DNA of 29,877 nt from Candidatus Kerfeldbacteria bacterium. GTDB taxonomy: Bacteria > Patescibacteriota > Patescibacteriia > SBBC01 > CAIJZX01. Positions 24,709 to 29,877 of this stretch are shown here, piece by piece. A model generated the notes under the pieces. The model was given only the letters and a program-made list of their open reading frames with translations. It did no database searches and had not been told where the DNA came from. The stretch spans positions 1 through 29,877 of the forward strand of contig JACRFO010000024.1 of NCBI GenBank assembly GCA_016217865.1. Reading direction: 5' to 3'. Each line of letters opens with the position of its first letter. Position 1 is the stretch's first letter. Both the position numbers and the translations under genes were made by a program.

Positions 24709-24757
24709 GTAAACCCAAGAGGTCTGCATCGCACCATCAGGGTGCGCTCCAGACCTT

Positions 24758-24831
24758 TGGCTCCGGGACATGGATTCGAACCATGATACCCGCCTCCAAA
24801 GGGCGGTGTCCTACCATTAGACGATCCCGGA
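24758..24831 (-). tRNA. tRNA-Gln (anticodon TTG)
   Basis: Cloverleaf TCCGGGA...CCGCC-CTTTGGA-GGCGG...CATGG-TTCGAAT-CCATG-TCCCGGA-G-CCA. Confidence 0.97.
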
Positions 24832-24854
24832 AAACGAGACAACAAACCGAAGCG

Positions 24855-24883
24855 AGTGTACCAGGTCTAGCCGGATGTTTCAA
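24855..24883 (-). promoter_or_regulatory. Sigma70 promoter of tRNA-Gln
   Basis: TTGAAA (24883-78), 17 nt, TG-G-TACACT (24860-55). Confidence 0.7.
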
Positions 24884-24885
24884 GC

Positions 24886-25806
24886 CTAGACGCGCAGGTA
24901 TCGGCCGATGGCAAACAGCGATGAAATGACGGACAGGCCGCAACCGACCGCCACTTCGAGCCCCAGAATCGTCCAGAGGTGTTCCCGAACGTAGCCGAGG
25001 ACATTGATGTCATAGCCAGCGAAAAACTGCGCGAAGAATGGATTGGTCAGCGACAGAATCGGAACGAGGACGGCGGTAACGAGAATACTAGCCACGAGGC
25101 CATAGAGCAAGCTGGTGATCACGAACGGCCCACGGACGAAAGCATCAGAAGCGCCGACGAGTTTCATGATCCCGATTTCTTCCCGCTGCGAATAGATTGC
25201 GACGCGGATGGTGTTGAAGACCATCAGAATAGCAATTACCGCAAAGAGCAGTGTTAGCCAAAGAGTGGCGACCTGGACGCGGTTGACGATCAGTGACAGG
25301 CGACTAATAACCGTTTGGTTCGTTTGGAAATTATTTCCCGTGTCTTCGATAATGGATTGGTACTTTGGGTCTTTCAAGGTATTCGCAATCGCTCCATACC
25401 CGTCGAGCGTCTTCGAGGTGATGACCAGGCCAGCTCCGAGCGGATTATCGCCAAGCGCGTCGATTGCGGCATCAACGAGCCCTTTATCAACTGCCGACTT
25501 CTTGAGTTCTTGCAAGTGCTCGGCCCGCGTGATTAGGCGGATAGACTGCACTTCAGGTTTGCGGAGGAGTTCCTGACGGATTTGGTCAACGCGCTGTTCC
25601 GAGGTAGTCGGGATGAAGTAGACAGACAGGTCAACTTTTTGCCGCACGGCCGTGAGCGTCTGTTGCCCGACCACGTTCAACCCGGAGACCAGGCTCATCA
25701 AGAACAGGTTCAGCACGACAATCAGCACGGTAATCAACGATAGCCAAATATTCCGGAAGAAGTTCTGGAAGCCGAAGGTGATCATTCGCCAGAGCGTCAC
25801 AAACAT
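24886..25806 (-). CDS. ftsX: Cell division ABC permease FtsX
   Basis: RNIWLSLITV, KVDLSVYF, DNPLGA, VFNTIRVAIYSQREEIGIMKLVGASDAFVRGPF. Confidence 0.95.
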   Translation of the reverse strand: MFVTLWRMITFGFQNFFRNIWLSLITVLIVVLNLFLMSLVSGLNVVGQQTLTAVRQKVDLSVYFIPTTSEQRVDQIRQELLRKPEVQSIRLITRAEHLQELKKSAVDKGLVDAAIDALGDNPLGAGLVITSKTLDGYGAIANTLKDPKYQSIIEDTGNNFQTNQTVISRLSLIVNRVQVATLWLTLLFAVIAILMVFNTIRVAIYSQREEIGIMKLVGASDAFVRGPFVITSLLYGLVASILVTAVLVPILSLTNPFFAQFFAGYDINVLGYVREHLWTILGLEVAVGCGLSVISSLFAIGRYLRV

Positions 25807-25809
25807 AGA

Positions 25810-26490
25810 TCAGAGGAGATATTTACCGGCCTGTTGATCAGCAATGACGTGACCATGGTCGAGGGTGATGACCCGTTTGTGCAGCATGTTCACAATCTCA
25901 CGATTATGGGTGACGAGAACAACCGTAGTCCCGAATTCGTTGATCTTCTTCAACAGGGCAATGATTTCCTGGGCATTGATTGAATCAAGGTTGCCGGTCG
26001 GTTCATCTGCTACTAGCAGTTTAGGACGATGGACCAGCGCCCGAGCGATGACCACGCGCTGCTGTTCGCCGCCGGAGACCTGGTCGGGATACCGATCCAT
26101 CTTCTGCTCCAGGCCGACAATCTTCAATACTTGTGGAACGACGCTCTTGATCCGAGTCGCGCGTTCGCCGGCGACTTCGAGGGCAAACGCAACATTCTCA
26201 AAGAGTGTCTTCTTTGGAAGCAATTTGAAATCTTGAAAAACGACACCAATCTGACGGCGTAAGGTAGGTATTTCGTGGTGTTTGATGTGGGTAATGTTCC
26301 AACCGCCGATCGTAATGTGACCTTTGTCGGCTTTTTCTTCGGCGATAATGAGCTTGGCGAATGTCGTCTTGCCCGAACCAGATTGTCCGACGATGGAAAC
26401 GAACTCCCCTGCTTCGATGTTCACCGAGACATCCTCCAGTCCAACGTTGCGCCGCTGGTACGTTTTTGTGACGTGTTCGAAGGTGACCAT
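25810..26490 (-). CDS. ftsE: Cell division ATP-binding protein FtsE
   Basis: GQSGSGKT, IGVVFQDFKLL, VSGGEQQRV, ADEPTGNLD, VTH. Start set at ATG 26490. Confidence 0.96.
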   Translation of the reverse strand: MVTFEHVTKTYQRRNVGLEDVSVNIEAGEFVSIVGQSGSGKTTFAKLIIAEEKADKGHITIGGWNITHIKHHEIPTLRRQIGVVFQDFKLLPKKTLFENVAFALEVAGERATRIKSVVPQVLKIVGLEQKMDRYPDQVSGGEQQRVVIARALVHRPKLLVADEPTGNLDSINAQEIIALLKKINEFGTTVVLVTHNREIVNMLHKRVITLDHGHVIADQQAGKYLL

Positions 26491-26494
26491 ACCG

Positions 26495-28090
26495 TTACGA
26501 CCAGGTAAAATTCTTCCAGGCCCAGGAGACGAGGCTAGCAGCTTCGGTAAAGCGTGTGGCCGAGCTCGCTGAACCAAGCAGCGAAACGACGATTTGTGCG
26601 CCCTGGGCATTTTTCACACGCACGACATACGTGTATTTCGACTCATTGATGTATCCCGTTTTTCCGCCGGTAACGGTAATGCCATTATTCCTCGTCAGTA
26701 ACGTGTCAGTCGTCTTGACGGTGTGACGACCACTGCGTGACGCGTAGAACGTGTAGGAGGACCTCGTCGTGACGTAGCGAATCGGCTCGTAGGTATTGAA
26801 TGCCTTCGCCGCCATGATGGCCACGTCTTTGGCCGTCGAGACGTTCCCCGGGTCGAGACCACTCGGCTCGACGAACGTGGTATCAGTCATCCCCCAGGCA
26901 GCCGCCTTGGCGTTCATCCGGGCCACAAACTCGGTCCGAGTGAGTCCAGCCGCCCGGACGAGGGCACTCGCGCCGTTGTTGGCCGAACCCACGAGGGTAG
27001 CGTAGAACAGGTCGCGGAGTTGTACGGTGTCCCCACTCCGGAGGGTTAAGTTATTGTAACCATATGGTTTTCCCGCCGCATCTTTTCCCGTCCCGTCGTT
27101 CGCGTTGTACACGAATGTCGCTTTCATGTTCGGCTGGGTGTCGAGAAATACGACCGCAGTCATCAACTTCGTTAAACTGGCGATAGAATGACGAGAAACC
27201 GCATTTTTCTCTACCAACACCGTACCGGTTGCGGCGTCAACCACCCGGTATGCTGTCGCGCTTAACGTCGGTGTCGGGGCGGTCGCTGCAGCCGTCACTG
27301 TCAGTTTTGGAATACTTTCGGTCTTACTCGCAACCACAGGCTGGACCGGGGTGACGGGCGCGGCCACGTATGGTGAGACCGTCACCTTCGTTAACCCTTT
27401 GTTTGTTGCTTGGAGCTTGTTGTATGCAGCCCACGACAGATCGACAACCCGACCGGCCGGTTGTCCCCAGCGAGAAATAATTTTAACATTGACGCTCTTG
27501 CCGTTCGCGACGTTTTTCACCGTCACAGTGCTACCGACAGGAAAGTCGTTCGAGGTCCCGTGTAACACCGGGTAACGTTTTGAGCAGTAATTCTTGCAGT
27601 ACCACGACGCAATCCCCTCTTGGGTATTCCGATCTTCGAGGACCATGACGTACCCATCGAGAGACGAGACGCCGGCTTGCCACTTCTTCGTAGCGGCATT
27701 GAGTTTCGATGGCAACTTTGACCACGCTGACGTAGTCCGGTCGTACAGCCAGACCGACCGTGACCACATACCCGGTGTATCAGGTAAAGCAACGGCCAGT
27801 TGGTACTTTGAGGTATCGAGCGCCGTGATACCTGAAACGTATAACCGGTAATACGACCCAAGGAGTTTCGTTGACGGTGGCAGTGCTGGGAGGGCGTCGC
27901 TGCTGGGTTTCCACGTGACATCGGCTGGACCGGTCAGAACACCTGGGAAGACCGTTACGTTAGCGCCTCCATCCAGGCGGAGCGTCCAGCCGCTTGAACG
28001 AAGGGCATCGTCAAAGTGGTATGGACTAATCTCTTCGGAAGCCTGGGCAGGCGGCGCGAACGCCAACAGGCTTGCCAGAAGGATGGTCAA
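26495..28090 (-). CDS. Secreted fusion: beta-sandwich domain + RlpA-like double-psi beta-barrel + peptidase S11 (D-Ala-D-Ala carboxy/endopeptidase)
   Basis: GIASWY...FPVGSTVTVKN..NGKSV.V.I...RVVDLS (RlpA-like); SIASLTK, SAN, GGKTG (S11 SxxK/SxN/KTG). The start is uncertain: TTG 28090 is assumed and GTG 28159 is an alternative. Confidence 0.85.
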   Translation of the reverse strand: MTILLASLLAFAPPAQASEEISPYHFDDALRSSGWTLRLDGGANVTVFPGVLTGPADVTWKPSSDALPALPPSTKLLGSYYRLYVSGITALDTSKYQLAVALPDTPGMWSRSVWLYDRTTSAWSKLPSKLNAATKKWQAGVSSLDGYVMVLEDRNTQEGIASWYCKNYCSKRYPVLHGTSNDFPVGSTVTVKNVANGKSVNVKIISRWGQPAGRVVDLSWAAYNKLQATNKGLTKVTVSPYVAAPVTPVQPVVASKTESIPKLTVTAAATAPTPTLSATAYRVVDAATGTVLVEKNAVSRHSIASLTKLMTAVVFLDTQPNMKATFVYNANDGTGKDAAGKPYGYNNLTLRSGDTVQLRDLFYATLVGSANNGASALVRAAGLTRTEFVARMNAKAAAWGMTDTTFVEPSGLDPGNVSTAKDVAIMAAKAFNTYEPIRYVTTRSSYTFYASRSGRHTVKTTDTLLTRNNGITVTGGKTGYINESKYTYVVRVKNAQGAQIVVSLLGSASSATRFTEAASLVSWAWKNFTWS

Positions 28091-28100
28091 ACCGTATACT
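28072..28100 (+). promoter_or_regulatory. Sigma70 promoter of tRNA-Gly
   Basis: TTGCCA (28072-77), 17 nt, TATACT (28095-100). Confidence 0.75.
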
Positions 28101-28111
28101 GCGACTCGTTG

Positions 28112-28185
28112 GCGGGTATGGTTTAGTGGTAAAACGCGACCTTCCCAAGGTTGAGTCACGGGTTCGATTCCCGTTACCCGCTCCA
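28112..28185 (+). tRNA. tRNA-Gly (anticodon CCC)
   Basis: GCGGGTA...CGACC-TTCCCAA-GGTTG...ACGGG-TTCGATT-CCCGT-TACCCGC-T-CCA. Confidence 0.97.
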
Positions 28186-28294
28186 GCAGTGAATGCAAAA
28201 ACGAACCACGTCTATCCACACGGGGCGCTGTTGCGTTCGCTATGCGTGTTGGTTTTCGGCTAGGCATCGGTTACTGACTGTACCACATTTACAG

Positions 28295-29080
28295 CTAGCC
28301 GACAAGGTGGCGCCGAATGAAGGCTAGAACCTGCTGCGCGATGTATTCAACTGCTTGGGCGTCGCGAAAAGGACGATGGGTTTGGACAGGGATGATGACG
28401 CTCTCCTTCGCTGCAGACCCGAGTGTTTCCATGAGTCGCTGACTGTTCTGCGGGCCAACAACTGCGTCATGACTGCTCGAGAGAATCAGCGCAGGTTGGT
28501 GAATCTCCGACAGGATTGGAACAATAGACCTCCGGGCAAAGGTCGCGGTTGCCAGAATACCATTGATTGGCCAGGCGTCGGTCGAACCCATTTGTTGCCC
28601 CCGCTCCCGCTCGGCCGGCGTCAGGCCTTTCTTCGGGTAGTACGGCGTCACGAGGCGCATGAGTCGCAACAGTACGCCTTGTAAGACGCCGCCGCCCGAG
28701 TATGAAAGGGCGGTGTTGACGAGGATTAATCCGTCAATCTCCGACGGGTGTCGGTGAGCCAGGTCGAGGGCCAGCACCCCACCAAAGGACGATCCCATTA
28801 TAATGGTCCGGCGGCAGCGGGACCGAAGCTCCTGCCAACCTGACTCGACCGATGCTTGCCAGTCAGTCACAGTCGTTTGTCGTAGCGCCGCTTTCCCCTG
28901 GCCATGACCAGCCAGGCGCAACCCCAGCACGGTTAAACCCTGTTGCTGCAATAGTTCGGCACATTGACGGTAGTCGCCAATACTGCCGCCGTAACCGTGA
29001 ATAATCAAACAACCCGTCTCGCCTCCAGGCAAGAGAAAGGATTCAGCGGCGGCGGTCACAGGAGTTGACGGGACGGTCAT
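28295..29080 (-). CDS. Alpha/beta-hydrolase carboxylesterase (YvaK/Est30-like)
   Basis: IIHGYGG, LAGHG, GSSFGG nucleophile elbow, SHDAVV (Asp), QTH (His). Confidence 0.9.
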   Translation of the reverse strand: MTVPSTPVTAAAESFLLPGGETGCLIIHGYGGSIGDYRQCAELLQQQGLTVLGLRLAGHGQGKAALRQTTVTDWQASVESGWQELRSRCRRTIIMGSSFGGVLALDLAHRHPSEIDGLILVNTALSYSGGGVLQGVLLRLMRLVTPYYPKKGLTPAERERGQQMGSTDAWPINGILATATFARRSIVPILSEIHQPALILSSSHDAVVGPQNSQRLMETLGSAAKESVIIPVQTHRPFRDAQAVEYIAQQVLAFIRRHLVG

Positions 29081-29093
29081 GGTGCGGTATCGT
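29065..29093 (+). promoter_or_regulatory. Sigma70 promoter of tRNA-Thr
   Basis: TTGACG (29065-70), 17 nt, TATCGT (29088-93); the -35 lies inside the first codons of the divergent esterase. Confidence 0.7.
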
Positions 29094-29105
29094 GAGTGCT
29101 GATTT

Positions 29106-29180
29106 GCCGGTGTAGCTCAGTGGTAGAGCAATGCTTTCGTAAAGCAGAGGTCGTCGGTTCAATCCCGACCACCGGCTCCA
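29106..29180 (+). tRNA. tRNA-Thr (anticodon CGT)
   Basis: GCCGGTG...TGCT-TTCGTAA-AGCA...GTCGG-TTCAATC-CCGAC-CACCGGC-T-CCA. Confidence 0.96.
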
Positions 29181-29296
29181 GAGGGATTGAAGGGCAGCAG
29201 CGAGCGACGCAGAAGCGAGCGATCGCTGAGTTGCCAGTGGCAAGTCGGCGCTGCCCAGGATCAATCCCGACCACCGGCTCCAGAGGGATTGAAGGG
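29159..29296 (+). repeat. 36-nt direct repeat of the tRNA-Thr 3' end plus flank, enclosing a 66-nt structured insert
   Basis: 29159-29194 = 29261-29296 (TCAATCCCGACCACCGGCTCCAGAGGGATTGAAGGG). Confidence 0.9.
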
Positions 29297-29304
29297 GGTA
29301 TTGA

Positions 29305-29877
29305 TTAGTCGCTCACCACGCGGCCTTGCTTCGCGTCCCACGCCACCTGCTGCCAGAACAACCAGACTCGGTACTCACCAAGCTTTGTGGTGAGGAATTG
29401 GTCTACCGACGGAGCGGCAATGGTGATCTGCAGGATGTGGGCTTGTTCTTGTCCATCGACCGTCTTCCGCTCTAGTACCTTGATGATGTGGAAGCCGTAC
29501 TTCGTGTGGATGAGGGCGCTTGGCTCGTTCAAGCCGATAGTGAAGGCGGCCTCATCAATTTCTTTGGCTTGTTCGCCACGGTTGACGAAGCCAAGATCGC
29601 CGCCATTCGAACTGTAGACGTCTTCGCTATACCGTTTTGCAATGTCTTCAAATTTCTGGTCACCTTTCATCACGAGTTCTAATACCGTGTCCGCTTGGCT
29701 ACGCTGGGCGGCGTTCAAGGTATTGTCGAACGACAACTTCTCTTGCAGTTTATCATTGAGCACGACCGGGCGGATGACAAATTGCTTAAACTGCTCTGGG
29801 TCCCACCCATACAATTCGCGAATGGTGGCGATCACCTGGGCTTAATTTCCATTCTGCAGTAATTGCGTGCGGTAGGC
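29305..29877 (-). CDS. PrsA/SurA-like parvulin peptidyl-prolyl isomerase, 3' part; in-frame TAA at 29842-29844 (possible pseudogene or sequence error)
   Basis: FEDIAKRYSED..SSNGGDLGF, HTKYGFHIIKV, HIL; the frame upstream of the TAA continues as protein-like AYRTQLLQNGN to the window edge. Confidence 0.8.

Noticed and set aside
24507-24757. Prophage or genomic island at tRNA-Gln or tRNA-Thr
   Set aside because: The tRNA duplicates lie within ~200 nt of the tRNA, and there is no integrase or cargo. The flanking genes are ordinary chromosomal genes.
6197-28267. Long N-terminal extensions in the ORF track (6197, 7692, 18043, 19396, 20304, 26610, 28267; also 4178, 6385)
   Set aside because: They overlap neighbouring genes or tRNAs. 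Downstream ATGs match family N-termini and promoter positions.
28186-28294. tRNA-linked element or terminator after tRNA-Gly
   Set aside because: No anti-T-loop, no 3'-end duplicate and no shared motifs. Only an imperfect stem without a clear U tract is present. The AAAAACGAAC shared with the antiporter leader is too short to trust.
29159-29296. 36-nt repeat pair as a minimal CRISPR array
   Set aside because: There are only two copies, the repeat is the tRNA 3' end, the 66-nt spacer is too long and structured, and no cas genes are present.
100-29845. Numerous 60-180 aa ORFs overlapping annotated genes (e.g. 1588-2127, 6533-7051, 13910-14335, 22507-22968, 24549-24929)
   Set aside because: They are antisense or alternate-frame shadows of well-supported genes or tRNAs in GC-rich DNA and have no recognisable motifs.
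1-29877. Alternative genetic code (TGA=Gly as in Gracilibacteria/Absconditabacteria)
   Set aside because: Conserved genes are full length under code 11, and TGA terminates serS, def, rpe and the antiporter at the expected positions.

Overview
Gene-dense chromosomal window (about 56% GC by eye, standard code 11). It is most consistent with a Patescibacteria/CPR (Parcubacteria/ABY1-like) bacterium; this is inferred from gene content and protein styles, not from a search. It carries housekeeping genes (serS 3' end, gltX, priA, def-fmt, trxB, HU, beta-CASP nuclease, Kef-type antiporter, prsA-like PPIase fragment) and many envelope genes (alr, ftsQ-like, M23 peptidase, WecB/TagA GT, processive GT2, ftsE-ftsX, an RlpA-like/S11 peptidase fusion). 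There are three tRNAs: Gln-TTG, Gly-CCC and Thr-CGT. No integrase, transposase, CRISPR or RuBisCO is visible. Three observations stand out. (1) A tightly packed rpiB-rpe-fba-pfkB-AMP phosphorylase cluster has no RuBisCO or R15P isomerase, and its RpiB is divergent, suggesting a RuBisCO-independent nucleotide-ribose catabolic route. (2) tRNA-Gln and tRNA-Thr are each followed by a small structured element that opens with the reverse complement of that tRNA's own T-loop, carries shared CGAGCGAC and TGCCRGTGGCA motifs, and closes with a duplicate of that tRNA's 3' end. (3) At least nine genes have a sigma70 -10 box 6-8 nt before the ATG, implying pervasive leaderless mRNAs.
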